The translations under genes and the position numbers were made by a program. 64,000 nucleotides of DNA, taken from NCBI GenBank assembly GCA_014905635.1, contig CM026547.1:2728001-2792000 (forward strand). Reading direction: 5' to 3'. The notes beneath the pieces are model-generated. The model was given only the letters and a program-made list of their open reading frames with translations, did not search any database and was not told the origin of the DNA. Each line of letters starts with the position of its first letter. The first letter of the stretch is position 1. This document shows positions 28,038 through 37,788 of this stretch, piece after piece. This DNA comes from Scenedesmus sp. PABB004 (lineage: Eukaryota).

Positions 28038-28842
28038 CACCGCGCGCGCGCGCTGGAGGTCGCGCCTGGGCGTGCTGGCGGCTGGGGCCGAGAAATGCCG
28101 ACCTCCCCGGAGCCTCGCGGCAGCTTGCGCGGCCCACGCGCGCCCGGCGGAGAGCTGTTTCCGCGCGACGCCTGCAGTCAAAGCGCGCGCGCGCCGCGCT
28201 GCGGCCGCCGCCGCCCAGCCGCGGGCCAGACGGCGCCCCTATCCTTACCTGCAGGCTCACGGCCCGTGTGCACCCTCAGCAACCCCCTGCCTGGTCAGGA
28301 ATGAGCGCCCGCGAGCGAGCGCCGCCGGCCGACGCTAGCTCGCTCGCCGCAGTGGCTGCCCTGGCTCCGCAAGGCTCGGGCGGCCCGCCCGTGACCTTCC
28401 AAGCAGGGTGAGCTTGGTACACGGTCGACGAGGCTTTTCGACGAGGGCCAAGACCATACCCTCAACCGCGATGCTGCGCGAGTCGGGCTGTCGGCGCCCG
28501 GCATGACCCCGCCCCGCCTCAGCGCCCGCCACAGTCGCTCTCGTCGCCACACAGTCGCCTCACTCCAGCAGCAGGTGCGCGCCCTCGAGCGCCAGCCGTC
28601 GGGCGCAGCTGGCCCGCTCAGCTCGGCAGCAGCGCCCGGCGCGCCCCGCGGGCGGCGGCTCGCCAGCGACCGCATGGCGCTGCGCGACGCCGCCGCAGTG
28701 CCGTGGCCGCAGTGCCGCACCCCGTGCGCGCCGCCCGCGCGCGAGCCGTCGCCGCCGCCACGCCGCGCCGCGCCGCGTGCCGGGCACGCCGTGCCCGCCC
28801 CCGCCGCGGCGCGCCGCGAGCCCGGCGCGGCATGGCACGCAG

Positions 28843-29028
28843 GCCTGGCGCTGAAGTACGCGGTCGCGGCGGAGGCGGGGCTGGCGGGCGTGGGGGTGTG
28901 GAACCTCGACTGCCTCGACCACCGCGGCGGCGCGGCCGCCCCGGCCGCGGCGCAGACGCGCGCGATGTGGGACGCCGTGGGCGCCGCGGTGGCGGCGATG
29001 GGCGGTGGCGACAGCGGGGGCGGCGGCA

Positions 29029-29062
<34 letters not shown>

Positions 29063-29165
29063 GAGTGGAGCGCGCGTGGCGCGCGCGGTGCGCGGCCGCA
29101 GCGGCTGGCTTGCGCGGCTGCTGCGCCGCCCTGCGGGGGCGCGCGTGCCGGCCGAAGCCGTCTGA
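28843..29165 (+). pseudogene. Duplicated 3' fragment of chitobiase (copy 2)
   Basis: LALKYAVAAEAGLAGVGVWNLDCLDH..PAEAV*, identical to 27706-28037 apart from a shorter Gly tract. Confidence 0.8.
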
Positions 29166-29970
29166 CACCGCGCGCGCGCGCTGGAGGTCGCGCCTGGGCG
29201 TGCTGGCGGCTGGGGCCGAGAAATGCCGACCTCCCCGGAGCCTCGCGGCAGCTTGCGCGGCCCACGCGCGCCCGGCGGAGAGCTGTTTCCGCGCGACGCC
29301 TGCAGTCAAAGCGCGCGCGCGCCGCGCTGCGGCCGCCGCCGCCCAGCCGCGGGCCAGACGGCGCCCCTATCCTTACCTGCAGGCTCACGGCCCGTGTGCA
29401 CCCTCAGCAACCCCCTGCCTGGTCAGGAATGAGCGCCCGCGAGCGAGCGCCGCCGGCCGACGCTAGCTCGCTCGCCGCAGTGGCTGCCCTGGCTCCGCAA
29501 GGCTCGGGCGGCCCGCCCGTGACCTTCCAAGCAGGGTGAGCTTGGTACACGGTCGACGAGGCTTTTCGACGAGGGCCAAGACCATACCCTCAACCGCGAT
29601 GCTGCGCGAGTCGGGCTGTCGGCGCCCGGCATGACCCCGCCCCGCCTCAGCGCCCGCCACAGTCGCTCTCGTCGCCACACAGTCGCCTCACTCCAGCAGC
29701 AGGTGCGCGCCCTCGAGCGCCAGCCGTCGGGCGCAGCTGGCCCGCTCAGCTCGGCAGCAGCGCCCGGCGCGCCCCGCGGGCGGCGGCTCGCCAGCGACCG
29801 CATGGCGCTGCGCGACGCCGCCGCAGTGCCGTGGCCGCAGTGCCGCACCCCGTGCGCGCCGCCCGCGCGCGAGCCGTCGCCGCCGCCACGCCGCGCCGCG
29901 CCGCGTGCCGGGCACGCCGTGCCCGCCCCCGCCGCGGCGCGCCGCGAGCCCGGCGCGGCATGGCACGCAG

Positions 29971-30156
29971 GCCTGGCGCTGAAGTACGCGGTCGCGGCGG
30001 AGGCGGGGCTGGCGGGCGTGGGGGTGTGGAACCTCGACTGCCTCGACCACCGCGGCGGCGCGGCCGCCCCGGCCGCGGCGCAGACGCGCGCGATGTGGGA
30101 CGCCGTGGGCGCCGCGGTGGCGGCGATGGGCGGTGGCGACAGCGGGGGCGGCGGCA

Positions 30157-30190
<34 letters not shown>

Positions 30191-30293
30191 GAGTGGAGCG
30201 CGCGTGGCGCGCGCGGTGCGCGGCCGCAGCGGCTGGCTTGCGCGGCTGCTGCGCCGCCCTGCGGGGGCGCGCGTGCCGGCCGAAGCCGTCTGA
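29971..30293 (+). pseudogene. Duplicated 3' fragment of chitobiase (copy 3)
   Basis: Identical to copy 2 by eye. Confidence 0.8.
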
Positions 30294-31171
30294 CACCGCG
30301 CGCGCGCGCTGGAGGTCGCGCCTGGGCGTGCTGGCGGCTGGGGCCGAGAAATGCCGACCTCCCCGGAGCCTCGCGGCAGCTTGCGCGGCCCACGCGCGCC
30401 CGGCGGAGAGCTGTTTCCGCGCGACGCCTGCAGTCAAAGCGCGCGCGCGCCGCGCTGCGGCCGCCGCCGCCCAGCCGCGGGCCAGACGGCGCCCCTATCC
30501 TTACCTGCAGGCTCACGGCCCGTGTGCACCCTCAGCAACCCCCTGCCTGGTCAGGAATGAGCGCCCGCGAGCGAGCGCCGCCGGCCGACGCTAGCTCGCT
30601 CGCCGCAGTGGCTGCCCTGGCTCCGCAAGGCTCGGGCGGCCCGCCCGTGACCTTCCAAGCAGGGTGAGCTTGGTACACGGTCGACGAGGCTTTTCGACGA
30701 GGGCCAAGACCATACCCTCAACCGCGATGCTGCGCGAGTCGGGCTGTCGGCGCCCGGCATGACCCCGCCCCGCCTCAGCGCCCGCCACAGTCGCTCTCGT
30801 CGCCACACAGTCGCCTCACTCCAGCAGCAGGTGCGCGCCCTCGAGCGCCAGCCGTCGGGCGCAGCTGGCCCGCTCAGCTCGGCAGCAGCGCCCGGCGCGC
30901 CCCGCGGGCGGCGGCTCGCCAGCGACCGCATGGCGCTGCGCGACGCCGCCGTCCGCGCCCGGCCGCGGCGGGGCGGGCTTGCGGCGCGCGGGAGGGGGCG
31001 CCGCAGAAAAAATCAACACCGCCCCTTTGGCGGGGCGCCCCGCCGCCCCGCCGGCGCGGAGCGCCGCGCCGCGGCGTCGAACGGCTAGCTGAGATGCGTC
31101 TGCGCGCGCCTGCGCGTGCGCAGGTCCTGTCCCGTCCCCCCCGCCCGCCTACGGTTACGCGCGAGGCAACA

Positions 31172-32140
31172 ATGGTCGCCAAGGCCAAGACCCCCGCCAG
31201 CGCCAAGAAGGCCACGCCCAAGGTGGCCAAGAAGGCCACCAAGAAGGCCACGCCCAAGAAGACTACGCCCAAGAGCGCGGTGAGCGGCGGGGGAGCTACA
31301 GGCCGCGCCATGCGCTGCTGGACGCCCCGCACGCCGCCCCGGCGCGCCGCCTGGCGCCGCTCGGCGGACAGGCCGGTCCAGAGCGGGCCCAAGAGCCTGG
31401 TGGTCAGCTGCCCGCGAGCCGGGAAGCTCGCCGGAGCCGGCGCGCGCCGCCGGCCAGGCTGGCTCCAGCGCCGCGCCACGGCGCCGCCGCCGGCAGCCCC
31501 GCCGCGGCAGCGGGCGACGCATGGGCCCCAGGCCCATGGCGTGGCAACAGCGCCAGCGTGACGCAGCAGCAGCCGCGCGCCGCCCTGCGCCGGGCGACCC
31601 CGCTCTGAGCGTACTGCTCCCCCCGCCCCGCCGCCGCCCGCCAGCCCAAGGCCGCGGCGCCCGCGCCCGCGCCCGTGGTGGCCAAGGCCCCCAAGGCCGC
31701 CAAGAGCCCCGCCAAGAAGGCCACCCCCGCCAAGAAGGCCAAGGCCACCACCCCCAAGGTGCGCGCGGGGTCATGGGCGGCCTGCTGTTATCACGCGCGC
31801 CGCCGCGCCCGCGCGCCGCGCTCCCGCCCACCGCCCGCACGTGCGTGCGTGTGCGCGCGCAGGTGAAGAAGACCGCGACCAAGAAGACCCCCGCCAAGAA
31901 GGCCGCCACCCCCAAGGTGAGGGACGGCGGCCGCAGGCTGCGTGGCGCAACCGGCGCCGCCCGGCGCGCCGCCGCCAGCCGACACGCGCGCCACCCACCC
32001 ACGCGCGCCACCCACGCGCGCCCCGCGCCGCCGCGCAGAGCGCCAAGAAGGCCACCCCCAAGAGCGCCGCCAAGAAGGCCGCGCCCAAGGCCAAGACCCC
32101 CAAGAGCACAGCCAAGAAGACCCCCGCCAAGAAGGCCTGA
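31172..32140 (+). CDS. 125-aa Lys/Ala/Pro/Thr-rich basic protein, histone H1 tail-like, no globular domain
   Basis: Exons 31172-31279, 31645-31758, 31863-31916, 32039-32140 (all phase-0 GT-AG): MVAKAKTPASAKKATPK..SPAKKATPAKK..TPAKKA*; strong AAG/GCC codon bias; ACAATGG start context. Confidence 0.85.
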
Positions 32141-32602
32141 AGTGCCGCCGCGGCGGCGGGTGGCCGGCACGCAGCTGCGGGCGCAGCTGCCGCCGGCGCG
32201 CGCGCGCCTGCCGCCTGACCCGCGCCGCGCGCGGCCGGGGCTGCAGCAGGCGCGCGCGCGCCGGTCGGGGACTGCCAGGGGTTTGACGCTTTGGCACGCA
32301 CACGATTTCCGCGGCGCGCGCGGCCGCGCCGCGCGGCCGCCGGGGGGCCGCTGACCGGGCGAGGACGGCCGTGCGTGTGTGTGGCGCCGCGCTACATACA
32401 TAAATGACCGCACCGCACGGGCTTAACTGCGTTGGGGGCGTGGAGCGCGGCGCGCGCGGCGGCGGCCGCACCGCGCAAGCGCTGCACGGTCGGCCGCGGC
32501 CGCGCCAGCGTCGCATTTTGGCCGGCCGCGGCGCGGCGGCGTCCGGCGGCCCCGCCGCTGCGCGCCGCCGGCCGCGGACAGGGCGCCGCCCCACGACGCG
32601 CG

Positions 32603-32607
32603 TGTAA
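32603..32607 (+). promoter_or_regulatory. Candidate TGTAA poly(A) signal for the H1-like gene
   Basis: First TGTAA I found downstream of the stop at 32140. Confidence 0.45.
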
Positions 32608-33120
32608 CTCTACCATCAAAACAGCTCCCGCACGACCGGGCGACAGCGACGGTGCGTCCTGGCTGCGTCAGGGCCTGGCAGCCTGGCGCCGCCGCGCGGC
32701 CGGCCAGCTTCCGACGCTGCGCACAACTTTGCATCCCCAGGTGCCCCAGCTGCTTAGTGCAGGAACCCCTCTCGCTCTCTCAGAGCAGCCCAGGCTGTCG
32801 CGGCTGTCTCGCGCCGACCGGCGGCGAGCCTCGAGCAGCGGCGGCGCCGGCGGGTGCCAGCCTGCCGCGCCGTGGCCTGCGCACCTGTCCGCAGGCTGCC
32901 TTCACCGCGGCGCCTGCTCCTTCGCCGCGCACGCGCCGCTGCGGGCCTGCCACGGCGCATGGCCCCGCGGCGCGCCTCACGGGCGCGCTGAGGACCGCCC
33001 GCTGCCCGCGGTGAGTGCGCGCGCCGGGCCAGGCAGCTTGACAGGGCGCCCCGCGCTCGCGCGCTGAGGCCCACACGACGCGTGGCGCCCGCTGCTGCCG
33101 CAGGCGACAGCAGCCGGCGC

Positions 33121-33443
33121 ATGCGGTGCGCTGCCCCAGCCGCGGGCGGGGTGAGCCGCCGGCTCGCCACCCCGCCCGCGCGCTGGCGGCCAGCGCCGCG
33201 CGGCCCCTGCGGCGGCGCGGCGTCCGCTTGCGGCGGAGCAGCCGCCGCCACGCGGCGCCGCGGCCACGCCGCGGCGCCGCAGCGCTGCAGGGCAGCTGCT
33301 GATCGAGCAGAGAAGGCGGCCTGGTCAGCGCACGCGCCGCGGCCGCCGGCCGGGGGCGCCGCTGCCGGCGCCGCCGACGCGGCTGCTGCCGCGCACACGC
33401 AGCCTCCGCTGCCGCAGCAGCCGCGCCACCACCTGGAGCAGCA

Positions 33444-33504
<61 letters not shown>

Positions 33505-35514
33505 CAGGAGCAGCAGCAGGAGCAGCAGCAGCAGGAGGAGCAGGAGCAGGAGCGGCAGCGAGACGAGCAGCGCTGGGCGCGGCGCGCCGACTACGTGGGC
33601 CTGCTGCAGGCGGCGGCGGCCGCGCGCAGCTGGGCCGCGGCGCACCGCCTGCTGCGGCAGCACCGCGCCCAGCTGGAGCAGGCCCACGTGGGGCTGCTGT
33701 GGTGGCAGCTGCGGCCGAAGCTGGCGCAGCACCGGCCGCCCCGGCTGCCGCCGGAGCAGGCGGGGCAGCCGCAGCGCGCAGAGCCGGCGCGCGGGGACGA
33801 GCGGCTGTGGCAGCAGCAGCGGCGCGAGGTGCTGGCGTGGCTGTGCGAGCTGACGGCGCAGCACGCGGGCAGCCTGTCACCGCAGGGCCTCGCGTACAGC
33901 GTGCAAGGCCTGGCGGCAGCGGCGGCGTGCGGCGCGGTGGCGGCCGGCGGGCAGCCGGCGCCGGCCGGCGCGGTGCGCGCCGGCGACCTCCCCCGCCTCA
34001 CGTGGCGGCGCCTGATGGCGGTCGCCGACCGCTGCACGGCGCAGCAGCTGGCGCTCTGCATTGCAGGCGGGCAGCGGCTGGGCTGGCAGCTGGGCGGCGG
34101 CGACGACCCGGCCGCCGAGCAGCTGGGCTGCTGGCCGGCGCTGCTGCGCGCCGAGGCCGGCCTGGTGGGCGCGGGGCTGCACGCGGCAGCGCGCGCGCCG
34201 GGAGGCGCAGCGTCCGAGCCCGGCCTGAGCTGGAGCAGCGCGGAGGCCGCGCAGCTGCTGCACGCGCTCGCGCGCCACGCGGCGCAGGAAGGCCTCGCGC
34301 CGGCGCAGCAGCGGCGGGTGCTGGGCAGCGCGCTCGTGCGCCGCCTCGCCAGGCGCGCCGAGCAGCTGCTGGCACCGCAGCCGGGGCCGCCCTGGCGCGG
34401 CGAGGGCCCGACCGCGGCGGGCGAGGTGGCGGCGGCGGTGTGCTACCTGCAGAGCGCAGCGCTGCTGCGCCTGCCGCTGCGCGCGCGGCAGCTCGAGGCG
34501 CTGGTGGCGCGGCTGGAGCCCTGCCTGGACGCCGCGCCGCCCGGCCAGGTGCTGCAGCTGCTGGGCGCGCTGCAGGGCCTGGGCGTCGAGCCGTGGGCGC
34601 CCTGGCTGGCCGCCGCGCTGGCGCGGCTGGAGGGGGCGGGCCTCGCGCAGCTCAGCTCGGGCCAGCTGCTGCAGCTGGCGCAGCTGCTCCCGGAGCTGCG
34701 CCGCGCCGCGCCGAGCCGCGGCCTGCTGGAGGGCCTGGCGCGGCTGACTGCTGTGCGCGCGCAGCGCTGCGGCTGGCGCCAGCTCAGCGCGCTCGCAGCC
34801 GCGGTCGCGGCGCTGCCTGGCCCGCCGCCGCCGCCGTTCTGGCTGGCGGCCTTCGTCGCCGCCAGTGGCGCGCGCATCGCGCACCTGCAGCGCCGGCTCG
34901 ACGCGGCACAGCGCGCGCCGGGCGAGCCGGGCGCGCTGGCGCAGCAGTGGCAGCTGGTGCTGACGGGCGCCGTGCAGATGCTGCTGGCGGTGGCCCGCCT
35001 CGCGCCGCCCGCGCCGCCAGGCGCGTGGCTGGCCGCGCTGGAGCAGCTGATCGCGTCCAGCTGCGCGGCGGCGGCGGCGGCGGCGGCGGAGCAGGAGGAG
35101 GCTGCAGCGCCAGCAACGCGCGCCGGTGTGCCGCTGTCAGGCGCCGGCGCAGCCCTCGGCGCCGAGCGCGCGGGTGCCGTGCTGCAGGCGCTGGCGGCGC
35201 TGCAGCGCGCGCCCAGCCCTGCGCTGGCGGGCCTGCTGCGCGAGGCGAGCGGCCCCACATGGCCCCACAGCAGCAGCGGTGGCTGCGCCAGCGGCCACCT
35301 GCCGGCAGCGCGCCGCAGCCGGCAGCGGGCGCGGTGCAGCACGGGCGAGCCGGCGCGGCAGTCGCACGAACAGGAGCTGCGGCAGCATGAGGAGGAGGGT
35401 GCCTCCAGCGAGCTGGTCGTGCACCACCGAGGAGGCTTTGCCGTCCCGCTGAGCGTCGCCCGCCGCCCCGGCGCGCTCGCGGGCTCCGCGGCGGGCGCGC
35501 TCGCGTCGCTGTGA
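33121..35514 (+). CDS. Intronless alpha-helical repeat protein, octotricopeptide-repeat (OPR)-like, putative organellar RNA-binding
   Basis: Open Leu/Ala-rich frame with OPR-like motifs SPQGLAYSVQGLA, EPWAPWLAAAL, PPPPFWLAAFVAAS, PPGAWLAAL, PSPALAGLL; Arg-rich N-terminus; Q/E tract at 33436-33552. Confidence 0.55.
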
Positions 35515-35780
35515 GAGACTGTGAGAGCGGGAGGGCGTGGTGGGTTGGGGATGTGGGCGAGGCGTCGGGCCACGGCGGCACAGCTCTGCGTCATTGACAG
35601 CGGCGCCGCGGCTGCGGCGCGTTAAGCCGGCGGTTCAGTCCTTTCCGGTCGGCGTCCCTCCCGTCCGCTCGCCAGCACGCGTGTCGTCACTCCTGAGGGT
35701 GCCCCGCGCCCCGCCGCGCTCAGGCGCCGTGCCGCTGCCGCTGCTGTGCTGCTGCCGCCGAGCCGGGGCATGGCGCCTTA

Positions 35781-37548
35781 ATGGCCGCCCGCCTGCTCGC
35801 CAGGCACAGCGCCTTGGCGCTGCGCAGCCGCCGCTGTTACGCGCCGCTGGCGAGCGGCCGGCCGCTGAGCGCGCTCCCGGCGGCGCCCGGTCTGGGCCGC
35901 CGGCTGCCCGACCTGCCGGGCATGGTCCGCGACGGCGCGGCGCTGTCGCTGGAGGAGACGCTGTCGGCGGTTGCGGTGCCCCCGCGTGCGGGCAACCTCG
36001 GCCCCCGCGTGGAGCACCTCGAGGTCGGCGCCGACGGCGACGGCGCGCTGCTGTCGGAGGTGATCGCCGCCGCGCTGGGGCTGCCGCCCTGGTTTGCGCG
36101 CGAGCTCATCCGCTTCGGCGCGGTGCACACGTGCGCCATCATGCCGCCGCCCGCACCCGCGGCGGCGGCGCGCATGTCGGACGTGCACCTCGCGCGCGTC
36201 GCGGCGCTGCGCGCCGCCGGCGTGGCGCGGCACGGGCGAAACCCCAAGCTGCAGCACCCGCGCCGCGCGGCGGCCGATGCGCCCGTCACGGCCGGCGCCT
36301 ACGTGCGTGTGCACGTGCACCCCAAGCGCTTCCCTGCCGCGCACGCGACCGACTGGCGCGCCGCCATCCTGGCCGACGCCCCGGAGTTCGCGGCAATTGA
36401 CAAGCCGCCTGGCGTCCAGGCACGGCGCGCGGCGCGCGGCGCGCGGTGCGGGGGCCGCCCACAGGGCCGGCGCCGACGGGCGCGCGGCGCGCCGCGCCGC
36501 GCCGCAGGTGCCGCCGACTGTCGACAACGTGCTGGAGAGCGTCGCGGCGTGCGCGGGCGCGGCGCTGGGCCTGCCGCAGGGCGCCCTGCTCACGACGCAC
36601 CGGCTCGACGTCGGCACGTCGGGCGTCGTGCTGCTGGCCAAGACGCCCGGCTTTGCGGCGCACTTCAGCGCCCTGCTGCGGGACAAGCCCGGGCACCTGG
36701 TCAAGACGTATCGCTGCCTCACCGCCGCGCCGCCGCCCACGGGGCCGCTCGTGCACTGGGCGACGATGCGCACGCGGCGTGCGGGCGAGCCCGCGCACAC
36801 GCGCATGCGGGGCGCGCCGCCGCCCCCGGGCGCGGGCACGGGCGCGGGCGCGGCGCGCTGCGAGCTCGTGGTGCTGTCGGTGGAGCGCGTCGCGCTCGCC
36901 GGCGCGGCGGCAGCGGAGTGGGGCCCGGCCGCGTGGGAGAGCCAGCTGCAGCTCGTCACGGGGCGCACGCACCAGATCCGCGCGCAGCTCGCGGCGGAGG
37001 GCTGCCCCCTGCTCGGCGACCAGCTCTATTCCGCGCTGGCAGGCGCCTGGCGCGAGGAGGACGCCGCCGCCGCCACCGCGGCAGCCGCCGGCGGCGACGG
37101 TGCTGCCGGCAGCAACGGCGCGGCGGCGCCGCGGCAGCCGAGCGGGGAGCAGCTGGAGGGGGACCAGCAGCCGCAGGGAGAGCAGCGGCAGCAGGAGCAG
37201 CAGCAGCAGCAGCCACAGGGACAGCAGCAGCAGCAGGGGGTGCAGCAGCAGCAGGGGGAGCAGCAGCAGCAGCCGCTGGACGTGGAGCAGCAACAGCCAG
37301 GCGACCACGAGCCTGCGACGCCGCCCGCCGACACCGGGCAGCCGGCGGCGCCGGACGGCGCCGCGTGGTCTCGCATCTACCAGGAGGACCCCAGCCGTCC
37401 CATCGGTTTGCAGGCGGCGTGCCTGCGCGTGCGCGACGCCGACGGGCGCATGGCGGCCGGGCTGGCGAGCGCGCGGGGCGGCAGCGGCAGCGAGGAGGGC
37501 TGGGTCGAGTTCAGCGCGGGCACGCCGTGGTGGCGGCAGGAGGCCTGA
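35781..37548 (+). CDS. RluA-family RNA pseudouridine synthase, organellar (plant PUS6-like)
   Basis: YVRVHVHPKRFP, IDKPPGV|QVPPTVDN, HRLDVGTSG (catalytic Asp), KTYRCL, LVTGRTHQIRAQLA..PLLGDQLY, IGLQA; one GC-AG intron 36420-36507. Confidence 0.9.
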
Positions 37549-37788
37549 GCGGTGCCGCGCGCGCGGGCGGCGGCGGCGGCGCAGGCAAACGGCGCTTCAA
37601 GCCGTCACCGCACCGCTTTTGCTTTGGTGCGCAGCTCGTGCCGGCATCGCTGGCAGGGCCCGGGCAGCGCATCACGCAGGCCGCGCGAACGCCGCACCGC
37701 CCCGAGCGGCCAACTCCGAGCAGCAGCAGCACCCGGGGCGAGCAGCAGTGCAGGGCGTGTTCTGATCGGCCCCGGAGGCGCCGCCGCC

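Larger units (their letters stand above)
27706..30951 (+). repeat. Tandem amplification with 1128-bp period: chitobiase last-exon portion plus downstream spacer, three copies
   Basis: Copies start at 27706, 28843 and 29971. ORF-track entries recur at +1128. Copy 1 has 3 extra GGC units. Unique sequence resumes at 30952. Confidence 0.95.

Noticed and set aside
28301..28411. Short ORF MSARERAPP..FQAG with a GTGAG donor as exon 1 of a new gene fused to the chitobiase copy
   Set aside because: The donor at 28408 is phase 2 and the acceptor at 28842 is phase 1, so the splice is out of frame; no homology recognised
27706..30951. Transposon/LTR or CRISPR interpretation of the 1128-bp repeats
   Set aside because: No transposase or RT, no TIRs or TSDs, no short repeat-spacer structure; the unit is host gene sequence
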